From an uncultured Bacteroidales bacterium (lineage in GTDB: Bacteria > Bacteroidota > Bacteroidia > Bacteroidales > VadinHA17), in the NCBI GenBank assembly GCA_963843635.1, contig CAWJLF010000012.1:143259-207258 (forward strand): a stretch of DNA of 64,000 nt. The letters run 5' to 3'. Positions 11,562 through 20,331 of the stretch are shown piece by piece. Under the pieces are notes generated by a model. The model did no database searches. It saw nothing but the letters and a program-made list of their open reading frames with translations, and was not told the DNA's origin. Each line of letters starts with the position of its first letter. The first letter of the stretch is position 1. A program made the translations under genes and the position numbers.

Positions 11562-12896
11562 ATGACGAAACAGATAGTATTTGCGATCACACTCCTGGTT
11601 ACACTGGGAATATTTACTTATACCATAAGCAGGCTCATCAGATTTTTCAGGTTCACCCGTTCAGCATTCCCGGTCAGGGATTTCGGCAAGAGAATCAGAG
11701 TCATGCTCGCTGTTGCTTTTGGTCAGACAAAGATCTTTCGCAGGCCTGTAATAGGGTTATTTCATGCATTGGTATTCTGGGGATTTTGTGTTATTCTCAT
11801 CGGGAGTATCGAGATGGTTATCGACGGCCTGTCCGGTTCAGACAGGATTCTTCAGTTCCTCGGTCCGGTTTATAATGTTATAATGGCCTCAGGCGATATT
11901 TTTGCGCTACTTGTTGCCGTGTCCATTGTAATATTCCTTAGCCGGAGAATTTTCTTCCATATTAAGAGATTTGAGGGTATAGAGATGAAAAAAATCTCTC
12001 ATATTGATGCCAATATAGCTCTTACAATCATATTGTTATTAATGTTGTCCCTACTCTCAATGAATGCTGCCTATGTTAATTACAAGTCAGTAACGGGGGA
12101 AGCTATGGCCGGAATCTTCCCTGTGGGGAGATACCTGGCAGGCCTGTCTGGCGGTGGGGAGGCACACAGTTACTCCCTGGTGTATGAAGCTTCATGGTGG
12201 ACACATATAGTATTGATATTCATCTTTGCAAATATTTTGCCCTATTCCAAACATTTCCATGTGTTCATGTCGGTGCCAAATGTTTTCCTTTCGAGACTTG
12301 ATCCGCTGGGCAAGCTCCCCAACATGGACAGCATCACACGGGAAGTTAAACTGATGCTTAATCCTGATACTGCCTTTACCGCCGATACAGGAGAAGTTCC
12401 ATATGAGAGATTCGGGGTCAAAGATGCTGAGGATGCTTCATGGAAAAATTATTTTGATTCCCTTGCATGCACCGAATGCGGAAGATGTACATCTGTGTGT
12501 CCCGCCAATATAACAGGTAAGAAACTATCTCCAAGGAAGATCATGATGGATCTTAGAGCAAGGATGAAGGAAAAGGGTCCCTTGATGGTAAAGAACGGGA
12601 GAGACTTCAATGATAACAGGTCGCTTCTCAGGGACTTTATTTCCGAGGAGGAACTGTGGGCCTGCACAACATGTAATGCATGTGCAAAAGAATGCCCTAT
12701 TAACATAAATCATCCGACTCTAATTTTAGATATGAGACGTTACCTGGTAATGGAAGAAGCTTCGGCACCCGGTGAACTGAAAACGGTATTTAATAACATT
12801 GAGAACAACGGGGCTCCATGGCAATACTCGGCAGAGGACAGACTTGAGTGGGCAAAAGACCTCGAGATGGGCGTTCGGTCGGAGGTAACTGTCTGA
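11562..12896 (+). CDS. EtfD-like membrane Fe-S oxidoreductase, N-terminal module (polytopic membrane domain plus 2x[4Fe-4S])
   Basis: 444 aa. Multiple TM helices, then CTECGRCTSVCP and CTTCNACAKECP ferredoxin motifs. Located directly after etfBA. Confidence 0.7.
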   Translation: MTKQIVFAITLLVTLGIFTYTISRLIRFFRFTRSAFPVRDFGKRIRVMLAVAFGQTKIFRRPVIGLFHALVFWGFCVILIGSIEMVIDGLSGSDRILQFLGPVYNVIMASGDIFALLVAVSIVIFLSRRIFFHIKRFEGIEMKKISHIDANIALTIILLLMLSLLSMNAAYVNYKSVTGEAMAGIFPVGRYLAGLSGGGEAHSYSLVYEASWWTHIVLIFIFANILPYSKHFHVFMSVPNVFLSRLDPLGKLPNMDSITREVKLMLNPDTAFTADTGEVPYERFGVKDAEDASWKNYFDSLACTECGRCTSVCPANITGKKLSPRKIMMDLRARMKEKGPLMVKNGRDFNDNRSLLRDFISEEELWACTTCNACAKECPININHPTLILDMRRYLVMEEASAPGELKTVFNNIENNGAPWQYSAEDRLEWAKDLEMGVRSEVTV

Positions 12897-12925
12897 TAAA
12901 CAGAAGAAAACATATTAAACCGAAT

Positions 12926-13720
12926 ATGGAAACCAGGAAAATTGAAGTACCCGTGATGGCTGATCTCTTTGCGAAGGGAGAGAAGCCTGAATACCTGTTT
13001 TGGGTGGGATGTGCCGGAGCTTTTGATGACAGATACAGGAAAGTTGTAAGAGCATTTACCAAGATACTCACCTACCTGGACATAAATTTTGCAGTTCTCG
13101 GAAAAGAGGAGACCTGCACGGGTGATCCTGCCAGGCGTGCTGGAAACGAGATGCTTTACCAGATGCAGGCTTTGCAGGTAATAGAGATACTGAAGATGTA
13201 TGATGTAAAAAAGATCATTACCATATGTCCCCATTGTTTTAATATTTTCAGGAATGAATATCCCGATCTGGGTGGTCATTACGAGGTGTTTAATTATCTT
13301 CAGTTGCTGGACCGCTATATGGCAGAGGGTAAACTGAAGATCAATCAGGCTTCGTTGCAAGACGTTAAAGTCACCTATCACGATCCATGTTACCTTGGAA
13401 GGGCAAATGACATATATGACGAACCGCGTCATATCATTAAGAGACTTACCGGCAATATGGTTGAGATGCACAGGCATAAGAGCTTCGCGCTCTGTTGTGG
13501 TGCGGGGGGTGGTCAGATGTTTAAGGAGGCTGAGAAGGGTGATAAAGAGGTATTTATTGAAAGAACAGAAGATGCTCTTGAAACTGGTGCCAGTGTTATT
13601 GCAACAGCCTGTCCATTCTGTATGACTATGCTTACTGACGGTTTAAAGTATAAAAACAGGGAGAATGAAATAAAAAATCTTGATATTGCTGAATTAATAG
13701 TCCAATCACTTGATATATAA
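12926..13720 (+). CDS. CCG-domain (HdrD/GlcF-like) Fe-S protein, partner of the preceding membrane module
   Basis: The ORF runs 12848..13720. The preferred start is METRKIEVPVMADLF at 12926. Cys-rich CCG-type motifs: WVGCAGAFD, CTGDPARRAGNE, ICPHC, HDPCYLGR, ALCCGAGGG, ACPFC. Confidence 0.7.
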   Translation: METRKIEVPVMADLFAKGEKPEYLFWVGCAGAFDDRYRKVVRAFTKILTYLDINFAVLGKEETCTGDPARRAGNEMLYQMQALQVIEILKMYDVKKIITICPHCFNIFRNEYPDLGGHYEVFNYLQLLDRYMAEGKLKINQASLQDVKVTYHDPCYLGRANDIYDEPRHIIKRLTGNMVEMHRHKSFALCCGAGGGQMFKEAEKGDKEVFIERTEDALETGASVIATACPFCMTMLTDGLKYKNRENEIKNLDIAELIVQSLDI

Positions 13721-13743
13721 ATCCAATTATTAAACTGACAAAA

Positions 13744-15522
13744 ATGGAAAACAGCAAACTTTTGAAAAGCGGTGAATTTCTTGTAAGCGAAGTTGAATCA
13801 AAAGATGTCTTCATTCCGGAAGAATTTAATGAGGAACAGAAGATGATAGCGCAGACATGCAGTGACTTTCTTGAAGCAGAAGTTTATCCTAATATTGAAC
13901 AGCTGGAAAAAAGTGACAGGGATCTCATGAAGAGTATTCTGAAGAAGTCAGGTGATCTTGGATTAATGGGTGTTTCAATACCTGAGGAATTTGGGGGATT
14001 CGGCCAGTCCTTTGTAACTCAGATGCTTGTGGCTGAGACAACAGGTGCAGGTTATTCTTTTTCAGTGGCATATATGGCGCATTGTGGTATTGGCACTCTC
14101 CCGATAATGTATTATGGGAACAAGGATCAGAGGGACCGGTATGTATCAAAACTGGCAACAGGTGAGATTATTGGTGCTTATTGTCTTACGGAACCTGGTG
14201 CCGGAAGTGATGCCAATTCGGGTAAAACAAATGCCAAATTGAGTGAGGATGGAAAAGATTACATCCTTAACGGGCAGAAAATGTGGATCACCAATGCCGG
14301 ATTTGCCGATTCTCTTGTCGTCTTTGCCAAAATTGACAACGACAGGGTCCTCAGTGCTTTTATAGTTGAAAGCAAATATCCAGGCGTGGTAATTGGCCAG
14401 GATGAACACAAGATGGGTATAAAGGGCTCCTCGACAGCACAGATCTACTTCAATGATGTAAAAGTACCTGTTGAAAACCTTCTTGGTAAGAGAGGCGAGG
14501 GGTTCAGGATAGCACTTAGCATCCTTCATATGGGAAGACTGAAGCTTGGGGCCAACGTGCTGGGTGCTGCAAAAAAAACAATAACAGATACGGTAAGATA
14601 TGCTAATGAAAGGAAGCAGTTTGGAGTACTAATATCAACTTTCGGAGCGCTGAAGTATAAAATGGCTCAGCAGGTTATTCGTCTTTTTGCATCAGAATCA
14701 GCTGTTTACCGGGTAAGCAACGATATTGATAACCTGATGAAAAAGCTCACTGTTGATTGTGGTGACTATGGGAGAGCCTCAATCGAGGCTATAAGTCACT
14801 ATGCTGTTGAAGCAGCTATCCTGAAGGTTGTTGGTTCCGAGATGCTTGATTATGTTGCTGATGAAGCAGTTCAGATACACGGAGGAATGGGTTACTCTGC
14901 TGAAATGTCTGTTGAAAGAGGATACCGTGATTCAAGAATAAACAGGATCTTCGAGGGAACAAATGAGATAAACAGGCTCCTGGTGGTTGATACAGCCATG
15001 AAGCGGGCCATGAAGGGTGAGTTTGACCTCTTTGGAGAGGCTGAGGCCTTATACGACAGCCTGGAGAAGATAAATGACGGGAAGAAAGATGGTGAAAGCT
15101 ATTACGAGGAGAAGAAAAGATATATCAAAAACTTTAAAAAGGTCATTCTGCTTTGTATTCATGGAGCTTCCAAACGCTTTGAGAAAAGCCTTATTTACGA
15201 GCAGGAAGTATTGAATAATATAGCGGAAATGATGATGGAAACCTATGTTTCCGAGTCACTGGCGCTGAGGGTTGAGAAGCTGGAATCCTTAAAAGGGAAT
15301 GCATCACTTTACAGGGATATGCTTGATGTCAACCTTTTTGATACTGCCGATATTGTCAGAAAATCTGCTTTTGAGGCGGTCGGTTCATTCTCAGAACCTG
15401 AGATATGCGGTTCGCTGACCGGAGCAGTTGAAGATCTGACAAGGGTTAATTGTATAAATGTGAAAGATGCCAGGCGCAGGATAGCTGACAGGCTTATTGA
15501 AGATAACATGTACAAATTCTGA
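13744..15522 (+). CDS. acyl-CoA dehydrogenase, long form with C-terminal extension
   Basis: 592 aa. Motifs: GAYCLTEPGAGSDA, WITNAG, QIHGGMGY, EGTNEINR. Confidence 0.9.
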   Translation: MENSKLLKSGEFLVSEVESKDVFIPEEFNEEQKMIAQTCSDFLEAEVYPNIEQLEKSDRDLMKSILKKSGDLGLMGVSIPEEFGGFGQSFVTQMLVAETTGAGYSFSVAYMAHCGIGTLPIMYYGNKDQRDRYVSKLATGEIIGAYCLTEPGAGSDANSGKTNAKLSEDGKDYILNGQKMWITNAGFADSLVVFAKIDNDRVLSAFIVESKYPGVVIGQDEHKMGIKGSSTAQIYFNDVKVPVENLLGKRGEGFRIALSILHMGRLKLGANVLGAAKKTITDTVRYANERKQFGVLISTFGALKYKMAQQVIRLFASESAVYRVSNDIDNLMKKLTVDCGDYGRASIEAISHYAVEAAILKVVGSEMLDYVADEAVQIHGGMGYSAEMSVERGYRDSRINRIFEGTNEINRLLVVDTAMKRAMKGEFDLFGEAEALYDSLEKINDGKKDGESYYEEKKRYIKNFKKVILLCIHGASKRFEKSLIYEQEVLNNIAEMMMETYVSESLALRVEKLESLKGNASLYRDMLDVNLFDTADIVRKSAFEAVGSFSEPEICGSLTGAVEDLTRVNCINVKDARRRIADRLIEDNMYKF

Positions 15523-15551
15523 TCCGGGTCTGTTCCCGGCAATGGTAAGAA

Positions 15552-16225
15552 TCAGTGTGAGGAATGTGTGGCTATCATGGCAGCTGTAACGGATGCTGCT
15601 ATTGCTGCCTGCACTTCCCTTATTGCCTGGTTTATACCTGATGTCATAGGATAAGCCTTTTGTAAAGCGATGTTCTTTCTCCGCATTTTCCTTACCTCTC
15701 CTCTTTCGCGTGATATAAGTTTGTATGCCCTTGAGGTCTCTATTATTCCAAGTATCATTATATCATGTTGGCTCAGGCTGTTTCCCATGGATAAGAAATC
15801 CCCTGAGGCTCCTCTATAAGGTTCTCCCTTGTACACTTTATCATAGAAGTGGTATCTCTTGTAAGGGATTATATTAAGGAACATTTTATGGTCAATTCTA
15901 ATGATCATCTTTTTTTCCAGTTTCTCAAAAACTTCCCCGGAATGAAGCGGCTTCTTCTGGTCAGGCGATTTATCCAGAAGGAGATCCTTCTGTGGTTTGT
16001 TGAATTCATTATCCTGTCTGCCACCATATCATGAAGCGGATCTCCGTTTCTCCTGTAGGCAGGAATGATGCGTTTGTTCTCAATGGTTATTTCTTCATTA
16101 AAGAGATGATCTAAAAGTATTGCCCCGGTAAGAGAATATCTGAAATGAATGTTGTCAACAGCAATCCTGCCATTGACAGGATTTATTGCAAGGATCGTAA
16201 ATAGTTCTGCAACTGAGTGATTCAT
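15552..16225 (-). pseudogene. GPP34/GOLPH3-like family protein split by a frameshift at a G4/C4 run (about 15937-15945)
   Basis: ORFs 15905..16225 and 15552..15908 are adjacent. The downstream frame stays open upstream as ...PLHSGEVFEKLEKKMIIRIDHK, overlapping the tail of the first ORF. Family assignment rests on my recollection of the pattern (AELFTILAINPVNGRI...LTGAILLDHL). Confidence 0.5.
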
Positions 16226-16292
16226 TAAAGCAATATATATTTTGTTTTAATAACTATTCGTAAATTTAGGAAAATATATGTCAACTTGGTGA

Positions 16293-16306
16293 ATGATATA
16301 GATCAA
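16293..16306. promoter_or_regulatory. FNR/CRP-type box candidate (aTGAT-ATAG-ATCAA) upstream of the cytochrome operon
   Basis: 9/10 match to TTGAT-N4-ATCAA read directly. It lies about 90 nt upstream of the TATATTTG box. Confidence 0.3.
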
Positions 16307-16382
16307 TTATGAACATGATAAAGAGCATGGAATATTGACTATTTTTATACATATTAGGATGCTTTTAAAGAGGATAATCAGG

Positions 16383-16390
16383 TATATTTG
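16383..16390 (+). promoter_or_regulatory. Bacteroidota-type -7 promoter box for the cytochrome operon
   Basis: TATATTTG. It overlaps the GTG that the ORF track uses as a start, which argues for a downstream ATG start. Confidence 0.35.
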
Positions 16391-16434
16391 TGAATAAATT
16401 AACAATAATTTTTAATATGAATCAGAAATTTAAT

Positions 16435-16794
16435 ATGAAAAGACAGATTTTGGTTGCACTGGCCATGGTTGCCATTATGATCGGAATATCTTCATGTGAA
16501 AAGTACTCTTTTTTGCCACCGGTCATTAACCCGGTTGACACTATCCATTTTGCAACAGATATCCAGCCAATCTTTAATGCAAATTGTATAACATGTCATG
16601 GCAGTCTCAGGGCACCTGATCTCAGAGAAGGGAAATCGTATGAAGCACTTACCAAAGGTGGTTTTGTTGATCAGCCAGGTGAGACAAGCTTACTCTATAC
16701 ACAGATGAACAAATCGGATCATGTTCCAAGGTCAACAGATGCCGATAAACAAAAAGTACTCATCTGGATAAACCAGGGAGCCCTTGATAATTAA
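16435..16794 (+). CDS. monohaem c-type cytochrome lipoprotein with a Planctomycete-cytochrome-C (PSCyt1)-like domain
   Basis: Lipobox MKRQILVALAMVAIMIGISSC. Also IQPIFNANCITCHG ... LIWINQGA, the PSCyt1-like pattern with a single CxxCH. Confidence 0.65.
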   Translation: MKRQILVALAMVAIMIGISSCEKYSFLPPVINPVDTIHFATDIQPIFNANCITCHGSLRAPDLREGKSYEALTKGGFVDQPGETSLLYTQMNKSDHVPRSTDADKQKVLIWINQGALDN

Positions 16795-16825
16795 CTAATA
16801 ACATAACCCGATAATACATATTGAC

Positions 16826-17686
16826 ATGAAAAAGCTCTTAATACTATTGACATTATCTTTCTTTCTTTCTTCTCTGTCAGCACAGGATACTCAGACAAAG
16901 GAAGAGTCCACTCCTGTACGCTTTACCTTTGGAACGAACATGCTCATCGATAATCAGACAGTTGAATCTCCCTATAAAGGTGGATTACAACTTCAGATTC
17001 AGCACAGGTTCAGCCTTATTGAGAACTACCATAACCTTTATGGTATATATGGTTCAGCTAATACGAGGCTTGCTCTGACTTATGGTATTACAGACAAGCT
17101 GATGGTTGGTGTCGGAACAACAAAAGATTACCAGATGCAGGATATAGAGTGGAAATACAGGATCCTCAGTCAGACTGAAGATGGTAAGATGCCTGTTTCA
17201 CTTTCCTACTTCGGGAATGTAGTAGCGGACCTCAGGACAAGTGAAGCCTTCGGCCCTGAACAAAGTTTTAGGAATATTCACAGGTTCTCATATTTTACAC
17301 AGTTGATTCTTGCCCGTAAATTCTCAGAAAAAATATCAGCTCAGATTGCTCCATCGGTTATATATTTCAACTCTGTGCCAAGATACAGTGATACCCAGGG
17401 ATATAAAAACGTGAACTTCGGTATATCAGCCGGGGCACGCGCCAACCTGTTTGGCAACCATTCACTTATACTTGAGTATGATCAGCTTCTTTCAAAACAG
17501 GATCTTGATGTTCAGCCAAAACCCAACCTGGCTTTTGGATGGGAGATCAATACAGCAACTCATACCTTCCAGATTTTTGCAGCCAATTATAACCAGATCA
17601 TCAGCCAGAGGAATCTTGTATTCAATACGAATGATTTCACAAAAGGAGGTTACCTGTTGGGTTTTAATATAACTGTAAGGTTTTAA
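16826..17686 (+). CDS. outer-membrane beta-barrel protein (DUF5777-like)
   Basis: Signal peptide ending SLSAQ, alternating-hydrophobicity strands, C-terminal ...GFNITVRF with a terminal Phe. The DUF5777 assignment is from memory of the family. Confidence 0.6.
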   Translation: MKKLLILLTLSFFLSSLSAQDTQTKEESTPVRFTFGTNMLIDNQTVESPYKGGLQLQIQHRFSLIENYHNLYGIYGSANTRLALTYGITDKLMVGVGTTKDYQMQDIEWKYRILSQTEDGKMPVSLSYFGNVVADLRTSEAFGPEQSFRNIHRFSYFTQLILARKFSEKISAQIAPSVIYFNSVPRYSDTQGYKNVNFGISAGARANLFGNHSLILEYDQLLSKQDLDVQPKPNLAFGWEINTATHTFQIFAANYNQIISQRNLVFNTNDFTKGGYLLGFNITVRF

Positions 17687-17706
17687 TAAAAAATACTATA
17701 TCAGGG

Positions 17707-18714
17707 ATGAATTTTTATAAGTTCAGGATCATTACCCTGTTCGCATTAGCATCATTGAGTTCGTTTGCATTTGCAAGCCCGTTTGATTTTGGAAACCAGG
17801 AAAACAAGATTCAGGATACGACTTCCTTTGTTTCCCCTTTTGCAGAAGATAACGAGAGGTGCTTCAAATGCCACGGTCAGTCATTATACGAATACACTAA
17901 TGAGACTCTAGGACGGCAGGTGCGGGATATTATGTGTTCTGAAAGGATTGTCAACAGGGAGGAGTTCTACAGGTCAAATCATAAAAGCTTCAGCTGTACT
18001 GACTGTCATTCTGAGGAATATACAACATTTCCTCATCCTGGTGAACTGAGGATGGAACAGATGTATAATTGTATCGATTGTCATGGAGGGGATGAGAGGT
18101 TCGCTAAATACCATTTTGAGGAGATTGAGACTGAGTACCAGCAGAGCGTTCACTATAAACTGGAAAAGGATGGATTTTCATGCTGGAAATGTCATAATCC
18201 GCATACTTACAGGATCAGCGTCAGGACATCAGAGAACCTCAGAGAGACCATTGCATATGATAATGCAATATGCCTTAACTGTCATTCCAACTTCAATAAT
18301 TTTCAGTTGCTGACAGACAGGAAAGAGATCAATATCATTCAGAAGCATGACTGGCTTCCAAACCAGACAGCACATTTTGCCAATGTACGATGTATTGAGT
18401 GTCATACCCAGATTAACAGTGAAGTTCCTGTTGCTCATCTTATTAAACCAAAGGAAGAGGCAGTACGTCTTTGCAATGAGTGTCATTCCCGGAATTCTAT
18501 CCTGATGGCTTCACTCTACAAATTTGAATCGAAGGAGAGTCGTCGAAATGGTTTTTTCAATGGTATTATTCTTAATGAATCATATGTTATCGGCGCAAAC
18601 CGGAATGAATATCTTAACCTTCTGAGCCAGTTTTTATTCATTGCCGTACTGGGCATCATTCTCATTCATATCATATTCAGGATCAGAAAAAGTAAAACTT
18701 ATAAAGGAGATTGA
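17707..18714 (+). CDS. heptahaem c-type cytochrome with signal peptide and C-terminal TM anchor
   Basis: Seven CxxCH sites: CFKCH, CTDCH, CIDCH, CWKCH, CLNCH, CIECH, CNECH. C-terminal helix LSQFLFIAVLGIILIHIIFRI. Confidence 0.85.
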   Translation: MNFYKFRIITLFALASLSSFAFASPFDFGNQENKIQDTTSFVSPFAEDNERCFKCHGQSLYEYTNETLGRQVRDIMCSERIVNREEFYRSNHKSFSCTDCHSEEYTTFPHPGELRMEQMYNCIDCHGGDERFAKYHFEEIETEYQQSVHYKLEKDGFSCWKCHNPHTYRISVRTSENLRETIAYDNAICLNCHSNFNNFQLLTDRKEINIIQKHDWLPNQTAHFANVRCIECHTQINSEVPVAHLIKPKEEAVRLCNECHSRNSILMASLYKFESKESRRNGFFNGIILNESYVIGANRNEYLNLLSQFLFIAVLGIILIHIIFRIRKSKTYKGD

Positions 18715-18715
18715 A

Positions 18716-19327
18716 ATGTATCTTTACCCTAAATGGATAAGGCTCTGGCATCTTATTAACGCTGTATTGTTCATTATTCTGATTATTACCGGATTAAGTA
18801 TGCAATATACCGGGAAAGACAATCCTGCCTATATGGTCGGTTTTGCCAAAGCTGTGAAATGGCATAATTTTGCTGCCGTTCTGTTGATTATCAATTATAT
18901 AATATTTGTCACCGGTAACATATTTACCAGTAATGGAAGACACTATAAAGCGGATAAGAAGAGCTTTACAGCAGATATCATCAGGCAGCTGAAATATTAT
19001 TCTTTCGGTATGTTCAGAGGAGAAAAAAAGCCCTTTGAGATAACTGAAACCAATAAGTTCAATCCGCTGCAAAAGTTCAGCTATCTTCTTGCAATGTATA
19101 TTGCTCTTCCTTTGCTGATTATATCTGGTATAGGCTTGCTGCTTCCTGAGATCACCATAAATCGCTTTCTGGGTGTGAGTGGACTGATTTACACAGATAT
19201 TCTTCATATAACTATGGGTTTCTTTTTATCGATCTTCATGCTGATCCATATTTATACATGCACGCTTGGAGCTAAACCAACTTCATTGTTCTGGGGTATG
19301 ATTACCGGTTATCACCGGTCCGAATAA
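18716..19327 (+). CDS. di-haem b-type cytochrome membrane subunit (FdnI/HydC/PhsC-like)
   Basis: The ATG lies 1 nt after the upstream stop codon. Four TM-embedded His residues (WHLINAV, KWHNFAA, ILHITMG, LIHIYT) and 4-5 TM helices. Confidence 0.7.
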   Translation: MYLYPKWIRLWHLINAVLFIILIITGLSMQYTGKDNPAYMVGFAKAVKWHNFAAVLLIINYIIFVTGNIFTSNGRHYKADKKSFTADIIRQLKYYSFGMFRGEKKPFEITETNKFNPLQKFSYLLAMYIALPLLIISGIGLLLPEITINRFLGVSGLIYTDILHITMGFFLSIFMLIHIYTCTLGAKPTSLFWGMITGYHRSE

Positions 19328-19346
19328 AAGCAGTTAACGAAATAAG

Positions 19347-20309
19347 ATGAAAGAGATGGAAGAAAATGAAGGTAAACGATCATCGAGACGCAATTTCATC
19401 AAGAAAGTCGGAGTAGGTGTTGGAGCTGTCTCTATTGCCGGCGTTGCCGGAACATCAGTAATAGGAAAAAACAATTTAAAGTCAGGCGAAAAGGTCCGCT
19501 TGCTTTCTACTGATGGCAAACTGGTTGAGGTGGACAAGGATGATATCCAGCCTGCCGGAGATGTTGTAGCTGAATTAAAGGAGGAAGCAAGAGTCGGTCT
19601 GCCAAACAGAAAATTTGTTATGGTAATTGACCTGGCGAAGTGCAAGAATGCCAGAAAATGTGTTGAGGCATGCCAGGAAGGCCACCTTCTGCCGAAGGAC
19701 CACGAGTGGATGAAGATATTTCTTCTCCAGGATGATCATGATACTACAAAGTACTGGTTTCCCCGGCCATGTTTCCATTGTGATAAACCAATGTGCGTTA
19801 GTGTTTGTCCCGTGGGCGCCACATATAAGAGAGATGATGGTATTGTGCTGATTGACAACCAGAGATGTATAGGATGTAAATTTTGTATGACCGGCTGCCC
19901 GTACTCCGTAAGAGTTTTTAACTGGGATGATCCTAAGGTTGAAGTACCGGAAGGCTATGAATACGATCCGGAAAAGGCAATCCCGCAGGTTGAGGGTACA
20001 GTGGGAAAATGTATATTCTGTGCTGATAAGCTTCGTATGGGTGAATTGCCGCGATGCGTCTCCGCATGCCCTATGGGAGTACTGTATTTTGGTGATATCC
20101 TTGAAGATACTGTTACTAACGGAGAAGAGACTGTCAGGTTCAGCAAGCTGATGAATGACAGGGCAGGATATCGTTACCGTGAAGACCTGGGAACCCTGCC
20201 AAGCGTATTTTATCTCCCCCCTGTTCAACGTCTGTTTCCTGTTGAAAGAGGAATGGAGGATCTTCCTGACTCACTTAAACTGAGGTATAAAGATGCCGGC
20301 CCCAGGTAA
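19347..20309 (+). CDS. Tat-exported Fe-S cluster subunit (NrfC/PsrB/HybA-like)
   Basis: Twin-arginine motif SRRNFIKKVG. Cluster motifs: CKNARKCVEAC (CxxAxxCxxxC, second Cys replaced), CFHCDKPMCVSVCP, CIGCKFCMTGCP, CIFC...CVSACP. Confidence 0.85.
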   Translation: MKEMEENEGKRSSRRNFIKKVGVGVGAVSIAGVAGTSVIGKNNLKSGEKVRLLSTDGKLVEVDKDDIQPAGDVVAELKEEARVGLPNRKFVMVIDLAKCKNARKCVEACQEGHLLPKDHEWMKIFLLQDDHDTTKYWFPRPCFHCDKPMCVSVCPVGATYKRDDGIVLIDNQRCIGCKFCMTGCPYSVRVFNWDDPKVEVPEGYEYDPEKAIPQVEGTVGKCIFCADKLRMGELPRCVSACPMGVLYFGDILEDTVTNGEETVRFSKLMNDRAGYRYREDLGTLPSVFYLPPVQRLFPVERGMEDLPDSLKLRYKDAGPR

Positions 20310-20331
20310 TTAACTGCATAATCTGATTATT

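Noticed and set aside
12848-12925. The overlap of ORF 11562..12896 with ORF 12848..13720 looked like another frameshift in a single EtfD-like gene.
   Set aside because: The first ORF ends with a normal stop. The second has an in-frame Met (METRKIEVPV) 30 nt later, giving a CCG-domain protein of about 264 aa. The 5' extension MGKRPRDGRSVGGNCLINRR looks non-coding. Treated as two genes, though orthologue comparison could overturn this.
12740-13477. 245-aa minus-strand ORF, with the nested 93-aa ORF at 12790..13071.
   Set aside because: Entirely antisense to the well-supported CCG-domain and Fe-S genes. Low-complexity composition with no motifs. A shadow ORF.
16390-16434. GTG start given in the ORF track for the first cytochrome gene.
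   Set aside because: The GTG overlaps the putative TATATTTG -7 box, so it would lie upstream of the transcript start. The ATG at 16435 gives a canonical lipoprotein signal peptide.
19575-20228. 217-aa minus-strand ORF inside the Fe-S subunit gene.
   Set aside because: Antisense to a gene with clear Tat signal and ferredoxin motifs. No features of its own.
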